This document shows, piece by piece, positions 43,730 through 50,427 of a stretch of 56,668 nt of DNA. Every line of letters starts with the position of its first letter. Position 1 is the first letter of the stretch. The stretch comes from a virus. The notes below the pieces were generated by a model, which did no database searches, had not been told where the DNA came from, and saw only the letters and a program-made list of their open reading frames with translations. The translations under genes were made by a program, and so were the position numbers. The DNA lies in IMG/VR virus record IMGVR_UViG_3300028831_000281, positions 1-56,668 of that record. One strand, 5' to 3'.

Positions 43730-44046
43730 GCGTGCGCGCCCGGCGGTCCCCGATCCATGTGGAGAAGGGCCGCACCTGGAAGGGCGAGGTGGTGTGGGTG
43801 TGGTCCTGTGACGCGCACCCACGCCACCGGGGCTACCACCACACCAACCGCTGGACCGACCAGTGGCGCCGGGCGCAGGGGTTGCCGCCGGATACGCATC
43901 CGTGGCTCCGCTGCATGGATGGCGCGGCCAGGCACTGGCACGAGCATCACGCTGTGTGTAAGTGCGCTGTGACAGTCGGCCCCGATATGTCACTCAAACC
44001 CCGGGCTGAGACCGAACCAACCCCGCAGATTGGACACGCACAGTGA
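43726..44046 (+). CDS. hypothetical His/Trp/Cys-rich protein
   Basis: ORF track (GTG, GTGA overlap). 106 aa. Confidence 0.6.
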   Translation: MSVRARRSPIHVEKGRTWKGEVVWVWSCDAHPRHRGYHHTNRWTDQWRRAQGLPPDTHPWLRCMDGAARHWHEHHAVCKCAVTVGPDMSLKPRAETEPTPQIGHAQ

Positions 44047-44360
44047 CAAACAAGACCTACGTGAAGTTCACCGAGGAGAACGACCACGAGGGCGAGACCT
44101 GGACCTTCTGGCTGCCCGTCGAAGGCAACGAACACGCCCTGGCCGCCTTCGCCGAATGGCTGGCCGATCAGGGCCCCCGGGTCGAGGATTACAACCTGGA
44201 GCTGGAGGCCCGCGAGTCGGAGGAGCGGGTCGCCGCGCTGGTCGAGCACGGCGGGTCTGGCTACATGGCCTATCACACCAAGGTGTCCGGGCTGATGTCC
44301 AGCCCACCGGACAACCCGGATCGGCTGTACAAGGGCGGCATCCGGGGACTCTTCGCATGA
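44043..44360 (+). CDS. hypothetical protein
   Basis: ORF track (GTG, GTGA overlap). 105 aa, acidic. Confidence 0.65.
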   Translation: MTNKTYVKFTEENDHEGETWTFWLPVEGNEHALAAFAEWLADQGPRVEDYNLELEARESEERVAALVEHGGSGYMAYHTKVSGLMSSPPDNPDRLYKGGIRGLFA

Positions 44361-44608
44361 CACCCGACCAGGGTCTGATGGTCCCGCCGCTGGCGCTCGA
44401 GGAGGGCGCCGAACCCGGCTTCTCCGTCTACGCCGAGATCACCACGCCCGATGGGGTGACCTTCCACGGCGGGGTGACGCTGCCGGCTGACGCCGCGTTG
44501 GGCGACATCGCGCGGGCCCTGAAGTCCGCCGCCATGGCCGCCGCAGCCTGCCACGGCGGGGTGCTGCCGGCCATGGTCTCCGACCGCATGGGCGGACCGT
44601 CCCGGTAG
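44357..44608 (+). CDS. hypothetical protein
   Basis: Internal ATG of ORF 44030..44608 with ATGA overlap. 83 aa. Confidence 0.6.
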   Translation: MTPDQGLMVPPLALEEGAEPGFSVYAEITTPDGVTFHGGVTLPADAALGDIARALKSAAMAAAACHGGVLPAMVSDRMGGPSR

Positions 44609-44611
44609 CTG

Positions 44612-44640
44612 TTGCCCCATCCGGGCGGTGGGTGTAGGGT
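44612..44640 (+). promoter_or_regulatory. orphan promoter of the cassette family (no leader, no ORF behind it)
   Basis: TTGCCC 44612-44617, 17-nt spacer ending GGGTG, TAGGGT 44635-44640. Confidence 0.5.
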
Positions 44641-44794
44641 GGGTTAAGTCCGGGGTCGCCCAACGAAAAGCCCCGAGAACCTTGACAACTACAGGCTTCC
44701 CCGATGGCCGGACGCACATGGACGCGAAAGGCCAGACGGGAGGAGGGGCGCCGGTGTTTCGTCGCACCGTGTCGGCGAAATTCCCCCGCCGGCT

Positions 44795-44819
44795 ACCCGC
44801 CCGTTCACCACGGGCGGGT
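44795..44819. terminator. bidirectional hairpin
   Basis: 9-bp stem acccgcccg / cgggcgggt, 7-nt loop. Lies downstream of both the orphan promoter (+) and the small gene 44837..44968 (-). Confidence 0.55.
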
Positions 44820-44836
44820 GCACCCCGCAAAGCTTC

Positions 44837-44968
44837 CTATCGGCACTGCCCGTCAACCGACAGGCAGCCCTGGGTGGATGCCGTGGCAGTCGGGGTGCCC
44901 CAGTTGATGGCCCCGAGGATTCCCAGGATGCCGAGCATGGCGGCGGCGATCTTGGTCTTGACCGACAT
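44837..44968 (-). CDS. small secreted/membrane peptide (43 aa)
   Basis: C-terminal part of ORF 44837..46018. ATG 6 nt after GGAG. MSVKTKIAAAMLGILGILGAINWG (signal/TM-like) then TPTATASTQGCLSVDGQCR. Confidence 0.5.
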   Translation of the reverse strand: MSVKTKIAAAMLGILGILGAINWGTPTATASTQGCLSVDGQCR

Positions 44969-45313
44969 GGTTGCTCCGTTCAGTAGTGGTGGTGTCGCGC
45001 AATGATAGCCACCTCCCAGACCTCGCCGATTCGGTACGGCGAGTCGCGCCGCTGGTATCGGCGCGTGAAGGTCCCCCGTGTGCGCCCGGCCAGTGTGGAG
45101 CAGGTCGGCGCCTTCGACTCCCCTCGAGGGCGGGGCCCGTGGGCGCGAGCCCTGCGCACCGGGGGACCACCCAAGACCCAGCACGACGCCGCATGCCACC
45201 CGCTCCGGGGTGGGCGCCGTGCGGTGGGGGCGGCCGGATGAAACGCCGGAACGGGCTGGAGGGTGACGTATCCCCCCGCCCCCACCAGGGACCACAACCG
45301 AGAGGAGGGCCCC

Positions 45314-45874
45314 ATGTTCGAGAAGCGCGCTCCGCACCGGAACGTTCCGGTGCTCTACCTGGACCTGGACGGCACCGTGCGCCACGGACGCGACGAGCTG
45401 GGCCGGTTCGTCAACAGTCCGCAGGATGTGATCGTGTTCCCGGAGGCCATCGCCATGATGCGCGCGTGGCGGGATCGCGGCGGGCGGATCGTAGCGATCA
45501 GCAACCAGGGCGGGGTGGCGCTCGGCCATGTGTCGGAGGAGGAGGTTCACGCCGCCCTGCTGGCAACCCACCGTGCGACGGGCAGCCTGTTCGATGACCT
45601 GTTCGCCTGCGCCCACCACCCTGCCGCAACGGACCCGTTCAAGGCGCGCTGCTGGTGCCGCAAACCCAAGCCGGGCATGATCGTCATGGCGGCCATGGTC
45701 CTGGTCAACCGGCACCCGCAGGAGCACTACCCGCCGCACCTGGCTCTGATGGTGGGCGACCGCGACGAGGACCGCCTGTGCGCGCAAGCCGCCGACATCG
45801 ACTTCATGGACGCCAAGGTGTGGCGCTCCCAGGCCAACACCGCCGACCCCTACGCGAGGATCACCGATGCCTGA
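45314..45874 (+). CDS. HAD-IIIA family phosphatase (GmhB / polynucleotide 3'-phosphatase-like)
   Basis: Internal ATG of ORF 45263..45874 after GAGAGGAGGG. Motifs LDLDGT, AISNQ, CRKPKPGM, VGDRDED. Confidence 0.75.
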   Translation: MFEKRAPHRNVPVLYLDLDGTVRHGRDELGRFVNSPQDVIVFPEAIAMMRAWRDRGGRIVAISNQGGVALGHVSEEEVHAALLATHRATGSLFDDLFACAHHPAATDPFKARCWCRKPKPGMIVMAAMVLVNRHPQEHYPPHLALMVGDRDEDRLCAQAADIDFMDAKVWRSQANTADPYARITDA

Positions 45875-46205
45875 AGACAGCACCGAGCCGACGTTCACAC
45901 TGGGCGAACCGCGCCGTATGTGGGAGTCCACCGACCCGCCGCGCATGCGCGTGTGGGTGCCGTTCCGGGGCTGTGCCACCGTGCTCGCCCTCAAGCATCT
46001 GGCCGACGAGCTGGGCATCCCGTACCAGGACTTGGGCGTGAATCACCCGCAGTCCGTCTCCTGGATCGAGCCGGCCACCCACGATGATTGCGCCGCCCGG
46101 GCTGCCCGCGAGCTGGACCGCGATCTGCGTCACGCGAAGTGGGAGCGCGACACCTACGAGCGGCTGCGCGCCAAGTTCGAGGCCGATCGGAAGGGCACCC
46201 CGTGA
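45867..46205 (+). CDS. hypothetical protein
   Basis: ORF track. 8-nt overlap with the HAD gene. 112 aa. Confidence 0.6.
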   Translation: MPEDSTEPTFTLGEPRRMWESTDPPRMRVWVPFRGCATVLALKHLADELGIPYQDLGVNHPQSVSWIEPATHDDCAARAARELDRDLRHAKWERDTYERLRAKFEADRKGTP

Positions 46206-46372
46206 GTTTCCTGGACGATCCCCGCTACACCCTGTACGTCCTGGTGGCCACGCTGGTGATCATTGTGGTGACCATGCCGGGCGAGGGCAACGCGCACATG
46301 TACGCGATCGCCTGGACGTTCTGCGTGCTGGCCTGGCGAGACCGCCACCAGCAGATGGAGGACACGCCATGA
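46202..46372 (+). CDS. small membrane protein (56 aa)
   Basis: GTG inside ORF 46088..46372 with GTGA overlap. Two hydrophobic segments. Confidence 0.5.
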   Translation: MSFLDDPRYTLYVLVATLVIIVVTMPGEGNAHMYAIAWTFCVLAWRDRHQQMEDTP

Positions 46373-46662
46373 GCGGATATCTGCGCAGCGGCCGGCGCCG
46401 CTACCGGCTCACCTGCTCCGACTGCTCCAGCAGCCTGGCGGTGATCCTGGGCCTGATTCCGGCGCGGCACTGCCCGGCCACCCACCTGCTCAAGTACCGG
46501 CATAGCGGCCTGCGGCTGTACGTGTGCGCCAAGCACGCCAGCCAGCGCACCGAGCGCAGCCGCGAGCGCCGGTTCTACCTGGCGACCGCCGAGCCAGGCT
46601 CCGCAGTGTGGTTCAACTGGGCCACCCGCGTGGACGCCTACCGATTCCGGAGCCTGTCATGA
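46369..46662 (+). CDS. hypothetical protein
   Basis: Internal ATG of ORF 46084..46662 with ATGA overlap. 97 aa, basic, Cys-containing. Confidence 0.55.
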   Translation: MSGYLRSGRRRYRLTCSDCSSSLAVILGLIPARHCPATHLLKYRHSGLRLYVCAKHASQRTERSRERRFYLATAEPGSAVWFNWATRVDAYRFRSLS

Positions 46663-46964
46663 GCCGATACCAGCGGCCTTACGACGGCGCCGAGATGCGC
46701 GACGAGCCGCCCCGCCCGGCCACCACCCGCGCCGAGGGCGGCCGGTTCGACGGCATCACCGACCTCACCCGGCTCACCGATGGCTCGGTCATGTGCTGCA
46801 TCTGTTTCGAATACACCCCGCCCGATCAACTGTGGCGCGACACCCGAGGCCAGGCGTGGGACGTGTGCCAGCCGTGCGGCGACCGCGAAGACACACCCGA
46901 GTTCATGGGAGAACCACAACCCGAGGAGGACAAGCCGTGGCACCCGAGCGCGGACACTTCGTGA
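46659..46964 (+). CDS. hypothetical zinc-ribbon-like protein
   Basis: Internal ATG of ORF 46524..46964 with ATGA overlap. CCIC..CQPC pattern. Confidence 0.55.
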   Translation: MSRYQRPYDGAEMRDEPPRPATTRAEGGRFDGITDLTRLTDGSVMCCICFEYTPPDQLWRDTRGQAWDVCQPCGDREDTPEFMGEPQPEEDKPWHPSADTS

Positions 46965-47689
46965 TGACCAACATCGGCCAGCCGCCCGTCCACAACCAGC
47001 GGCCCGCCGGACATCGGCCGGGCCCCGCACCCGCCACCCGAGCCAACCCGCAGCCCGTCGCACCACCACCGCCACCCGAGTACTGCCAGACCCGCGTCTG
47101 GCCGTCCTGGGCCCACACCTGGGTACCGTGCGGCCGGGGCATCGGACCAGACGGCACATGCCTCTACGGACACCGCAAGCCGCAGAAGCACCACTGCGAC
47201 CACACCTGCGTCTGCCCCATCCACGGCACCCAGCTCTACTACGCCCCCGCCCACAAGAAACACGCCTGCCAAGACCCCGACTGCGTCCACGCCCACGGCA
47301 TGCAACCCCAGGAGCACACCATGGATTGCCGCAGCTACGGGGCACATCCGCACGCCGGCCACCGCTGCCCCGAATGCCCGCTCTGCACCGGACTGGACGT
47401 CAACCAGACCTGCGCCCAGAACGACACCGCCGAGCGTCCGCCCACCGAACACACCCTGAAGGAAACGTCCGCAGAGCGGACACACCCGGAGGAGAATCGT
47501 CCGACCGTGCGGGTGCTCGAGCTGGCCCTGTCGTCGGCCGGTTCGAGCACCTACGTGGTGCAGTTGGCGACGGTGGGGATGGAGCGGGCGGTGGCCACCT
47601 GCCCGTACCGGGAGTATGCGGAGCTGGTGGCGGAAGGGCTGCGCCGGCTGTCGGCCGATGAGGTGGAGTGCCTGCTGGATCGGGGGTAG
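46964..47689 (+). CDS. Cys/His-rich protein
   Basis: ATG (or GTG 46961) in ORF 46793..47689 overlapping the upstream stop. Central ~120 aa very rich in Cys and His. Confidence 0.6.
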   Translation: MTNIGQPPVHNQRPAGHRPGPAPATRANPQPVAPPPPPEYCQTRVWPSWAHTWVPCGRGIGPDGTCLYGHRKPQKHHCDHTCVCPIHGTQLYYAPAHKKHACQDPDCVHAHGMQPQEHTMDCRSYGAHPHAGHRCPECPLCTGLDVNQTCAQNDTAERPPTEHTLKETSAERTHPEENRPTVRVLELALSSAGSSTYVVQLATVGMERAVATCPYREYAELVAEGLRRLSADEVECLLDRG

Positions 47690-47692
47690 TTG

Positions 47693-47827
47693 GTGAGTCG
47701 CGATCGGGACACCCCGGCGGCGGAGATTCGCCGGCAGGCCCGCCGCGAGCTGGCCGACTTGCAGGCGGAGAAGCGGCGGCGGGAGATCCTGGAGGAGGCG
47801 CAGCGGCGAGAGCAAGAACAGGGTTGA
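47693..47827 (+). CDS. small charged coiled-coil protein (44 aa)
   Basis: Not in the ORF track. GTG 47693 (TTG 47690 is also in frame) after GGGGG. Stop TGA lies inside the next -35 box. Confidence 0.35.
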   Translation: MSRDRDTPAAEIRRQARRELADLQAEKRRREILEEAQRREQEQG

Positions 47828-47894
47828 CCCCCGATGGCGGGGGGTGTAGGGTTTCGGGTGTCAGGAACAACCGGACCCCCGGAAGGACCCCGAA
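47824..47894 (+). promoter_or_regulatory. promoter + conserved leader cassette
   Basis: -35 TTGACC 47824-47829, 17-nt spacer, -10 TAGGGT 47847-47852, CAGGAACAACC 47862-47872, GGAAGGACCC 47881-47890, ATG 47895. Confidence 0.75.
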
Positions 47895-48164
47895 ATGCAG
47901 ACCTCCACCCTCGAGCCGATGCGCCGCCCCGCCCACAACGGCGACGAGCAGGACGCCTTCAGCCGCACCGCCCGCCGCTCCCTGTGCGCCCTCCAGCGCG
48001 CTGGTGTCGTGCACCGCACCAAGATCCGTGCCGCCCGCCGCGCGCGCCACGCCCGCCGGCAGGAACTGCGCGCCACCGCCCGGGGCTACGAGAACCTGTT
48101 CGCCCTGGCCCGCACTGGCGATGCGCAGGCCGTGGTGGACGCCTACTGGGCCCTGGACGCCTGA
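47895..48164 (+). CDS. hypothetical basic protein
   Basis: ORF track. 89 aa. A single-gene unit between a cassette and a hairpin. Confidence 0.7.
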   Translation: MQTSTLEPMRRPAHNGDEQDAFSRTARRSLCALQRAGVVHRTKIRAARRARHARRQELRATARGYENLFALARTGDAQAVVDAYWALDA

Positions 48165-48217
48165 TAGGCTCGATGCCAGCAGGAGGCGCAACGCCAGGGC
48201 CAGCAGCCCGGACAGCA

Positions 48218-48250
48218 CTCAGCCCCCGACCGACCTGGACGGGGGCTGAG
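48218..48250. terminator. bidirectional GC-rich hairpin
   Basis: 11-bp stem ctcagcccccg / cgggggctgag, 11-nt loop, between convergent genes. Confidence 0.7.
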
Positions 48251-48262
48251 TCGCGTCTGGAG

Positions 48263-48466
48263 CTATGAGGTGGGGCGCAGGTTGGCCAGCAGCCGCGCGG
48301 GCACGCCGCCGGCCACGTTGATGCGGACGCCGCTCTTGCTGTCGAATGCCGTGCTGCGGGCGCCGTCGAGGTAGACACAGTTGCCGCCGCTGTCCTGGCC
48401 GCCGCCGTCGCTGCCTGAGAACGATGACTTGCGGAACCCTGCCGGGATCTTGCCTGTAGTAGTCAT
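48263..48466 (-). CDS. DUF397 (BldB-like) domain protein
   Basis: Internal ATG of ORF 48263..48619. FRKSSFSGSDGGGQDSGGNCVYL matches the DUF397 core (W/F-R-K-S-S-x-S...C-V-E/Y). Confidence 0.7.
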   Translation of the reverse strand: MTTTGKIPAGFRKSSFSGSDGGGQDSGGNCVYLDGARSTAFDSKSGVRINVAGGVPARLLANLRPTS

Positions 48467-48511
48467 ACGGTCACCGTACCGCAGGGGTCGGACAGTCCGC
48501 GCGATCCAGGG

Positions 48512-48548
48512 TTGACACCCCCAACGATAGGGGGGTAAAGTTACCGGC
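48512..48548 (+). promoter_or_regulatory. promoter giving a leaderless mRNA (truncated cassette)
   Basis: TTGACA 48512-48517, 18-nt C-run/G-run spacer, TAAAGT 48536-48541, only 7 nt to ATG 48549, no SD. Confidence 0.6.
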
Positions 48549-48788
48549 ATGAGCGCCACCCAGAAGCCCAAGTACCGAGTCGGCCAGACCGTAGAGGTCA
48601 AGGAATACGACTTCAGCACTCCCGGCTATCCGGTGGCCTGGATGCCTGGCACCATCCAGGCGGTCGCCTGGAATGAGGACCATGGGCTGTACGACGTGAA
48701 GATCGAAATGGACCGTGGTGGACTAGCGAACCTGCGCGTAGGTCGCCGAGGTGGGAACGCCTTCCTCCGTCCGGCGCCCGTGAGCTGA
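48549..48788 (+). CDS. hypothetical protein
   Basis: ORF track. 79 aa. Confidence 0.65.
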   Translation: MSATQKPKYRVGQTVEVKEYDFSTPGYPVAWMPGTIQAVAWNEDHGLYDVKIEMDRGGLANLRVGRRGGNAFLRPAPVS

Positions 48789-48796
48789 GCCACAAT

Positions 48797-48830
48797 CGGG
48801 CCCCTGCGCGGGGGATACCGCAGGGGCCCG
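48797..48830 (+). terminator. GC-rich hairpin
   Basis: 12-bp stem cgggcccctgcg / cgcaggggcccg, 10-nt loop. Confidence 0.65.
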
Positions 48831-48854
48831 CACCTATAAGGAGACCGAGCGCTG

Positions 48855-49628
48855 ATGCAGTACCTGGGTGGCAAGGCCCGCCAGGTAGCCCACCTGTCCG
48901 GCATTCTGGTCGCCATCCCGCACCGCCGCTACCTCGAGCCGTTCCTGGGCGGTGCGTCCATCGCCGAGCGCGTGGCCCCCCAGGTTCGCAGCCCCGAGGC
49001 TTCCGACGCCCACCCCGATCTGATGCTGATGTGGCAGGCCCTGGTGGACGGGTGGCAGCCGCCGGCCGAGGTGTCGCGCGAGGAGTACGCCGCGCTGCGC
49101 CACGCCGAGCCGTCCGCGCTGCGCGGCCTGGTGGGGTTCGGCGCGTCGTTCGGCGGCAAGTGGTTCGGCGGCTACGCGGTACGCGGGGTTCATCCCAAGA
49201 ACATCCCGGGCCCGGTCTACCGGGCCGGCCGAGAAGGGGCGATGCGCAAGGCCGCCGTGCTTCGCGCTGCCGGCGTGAAGCTGGCATGCCGGTCCTACGA
49301 GGAGACCGACGCCGGCCCGGGTGATCTCGTGTACTGCGACCCGCCGTACGCCGGCACCACAAGCTATGACGGCCTGCCCGCGTTCGATTCGGACCGGTTC
49401 TGGGCGTGCGTTCGCGGGTGGGCGTTGGCGGGCGCGTCGGTGCTGGTGAGCGAGTACAGCGCGCCGCCGTGGGCTCGGGTGGTGTGGAGCCGGCCGGCGG
49501 TGAAGAGTCTGCGCCGGGATCAGAATGATGGCGCGGCGGTGGAGCGGCTGTTCGCGGTTGGTGGCGTGTTGGGGTTCGGGCCGGCGATGCTGCGCCTGAT
49601 GGACCCGGACTTGACCCCCGGACAGTAG
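48855..49628 (+). CDS. dam: DNA N6-adenine methyltransferase (Dam/D12 class)
   Basis: ORF track. AAGGAG SD. N-terminal MQYLGGKARQ and catalytic VYCDPPYAG motifs. Confidence 0.85.
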   Translation: MQYLGGKARQVAHLSGILVAIPHRRYLEPFLGGASIAERVAPQVRSPEASDAHPDLMLMWQALVDGWQPPAEVSREEYAALRHAEPSALRGLVGFGASFGGKWFGGYAVRGVHPKNIPGPVYRAGREGAMRKAAVLRAAGVKLACRSYEETDAGPGDLVYCDPPYAGTTSYDGLPAFDSDRFWACVRGWALAGASVLVSEYSAPPWARVVWSRPAVKSLRRDQNDGAAVERLFAVGGVLGFGPAMLRLMDPDLTPGQ

Positions 49629-49678
49629 GGGTGTAGAGTCTGTACTGTCAGGAACGACCCGATCGGGAAGGACCCACC
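49611..49678 (+). promoter_or_regulatory. promoter + conserved leader cassette (starts inside the dam 3' end)
   Basis: -35 TTGACC 49611-49616, 17-nt spacer containing the dam stop, -10 TAGAGT 49634-49639, CAGGAACGACC, GGAAGGACCC, ATG 49679. Confidence 0.75.
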
Positions 49679-50173
49679 ATGGCAGACCAGTACCGCTGGC
49701 TCGGCATCACCGACGAGTGCACCGACTGCGAGAAGTGCCACAAGGCCAACCTGAAGTCAACCGTGGTGCTCCAGTACCTGGACGTGGACGGAAACCCGGA
49801 CGGCGACCCCGTCTACTTCGGATCCACCTGCGCCGCCCGCGCCCTGTCCGTCAAGGGCGGCGGCCGGTCGGTGCTCGCCTCCGCGCGCGGCGCCCACCAC
49901 CAGACCCTGACCGATGCAGCCGACGCCCGCAGCATGCTCGAGCTGTACGGGGTTCCCGAGTCCGGCGACATGGACGACGACGGCTACCGGCAGGCCGTGG
50001 CCAACTACCGGCGGTACAACGCGGGTGTGGCGCATTGGGACTTCCCCTACCTTCTGGGCAGGGTGCGCGACTTCACTGCCCGCAGGCGGGCCGCGATCGC
50101 CGCCGCCGCGCTGATCGACCCGGTATGCCCCATGTGCCAGTGCCAGCACCAGCCGCGCAAGCGCACCCCCTGA
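49679..50173 (+). CDS. hypothetical protein with N-terminal Cys cluster
   Basis: ORF track. 164 aa. CTDCEKC near the N-terminus and CPMCQC near the C-terminus. Confidence 0.7.
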   Translation: MADQYRWLGITDECTDCEKCHKANLKSTVVLQYLDVDGNPDGDPVYFGSTCAARALSVKGGGRSVLASARGAHHQTLTDAADARSMLELYGVPESGDMDDDGYRQAVANYRRYNAGVAHWDFPYLLGRVRDFTARRRAAIAAAALIDPVCPMCQCQHQPRKRTP

Positions 50174-50182
50174 GAGGACCGA

Positions 50183-50359
50183 ATGGCCAGAGGCGGAACC
50201 AGCAAAGGGCACAAGGGTCACGGCGAGAAAGGCCAGGGCTATAAGGGCCACAAGGGCAAGGGTGACCAGGATGAGGGCGTGTGGCGGCAGTCTCAGCGGG
50301 CCGCTGATATCGCCACCCACCTGATCAAGCAAGCCCCCAAGGGCAACGGAAAGAAGTAG
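50183..50359 (+). CDS. small Gly/Lys/His-rich protein (58 aa)
   Basis: Not in the ORF track. ATG after GAGAGGACCGA. KGHKGHGEKGQGYKGHKGKG low-complexity run. Hairpin follows. Confidence 0.5.
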   Translation: MARGGTSKGHKGHGEKGQGYKGHKGKGDQDEGVWRQSQRAADIATHLIKQAPKGNGKK

Positions 50360-50365
50360 CACCGC

Positions 50366-50393
50366 ACCCCGCCGGCCATGCAGCCGGCGGGGT
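50366..50393 (+). terminator. GC-rich hairpin followed by TTT
   Basis: 11-bp stem accccgccggc / gccggcggggt, 6-nt loop, then ttcccgt. Confidence 0.7.
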
Positions 50394-50427
50394 TTCCCGT
50401 GGAACATCCAACCGAGAGGACCCGACC

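Noticed and set aside
44628-45005. The + strand ORFs 44628..45005 and 44704..44907 in the large gap.
   Set aside because: Their composition is implausible (Arg/Pro/Gly-rich), they have no SD, they run through a strong hairpin, and they lie antisense to the better supported small gene 44837..44968.
45105-45130. tRNA-like T-loop sequence ttcgactcc (also ggttaagtcc near 44642).
   Set aside because: The flanking bases do not form a T-stem (gcgcc versus cccct), and no acceptor or anticodon arms can be drawn. No tRNA gene is supported anywhere in the window.
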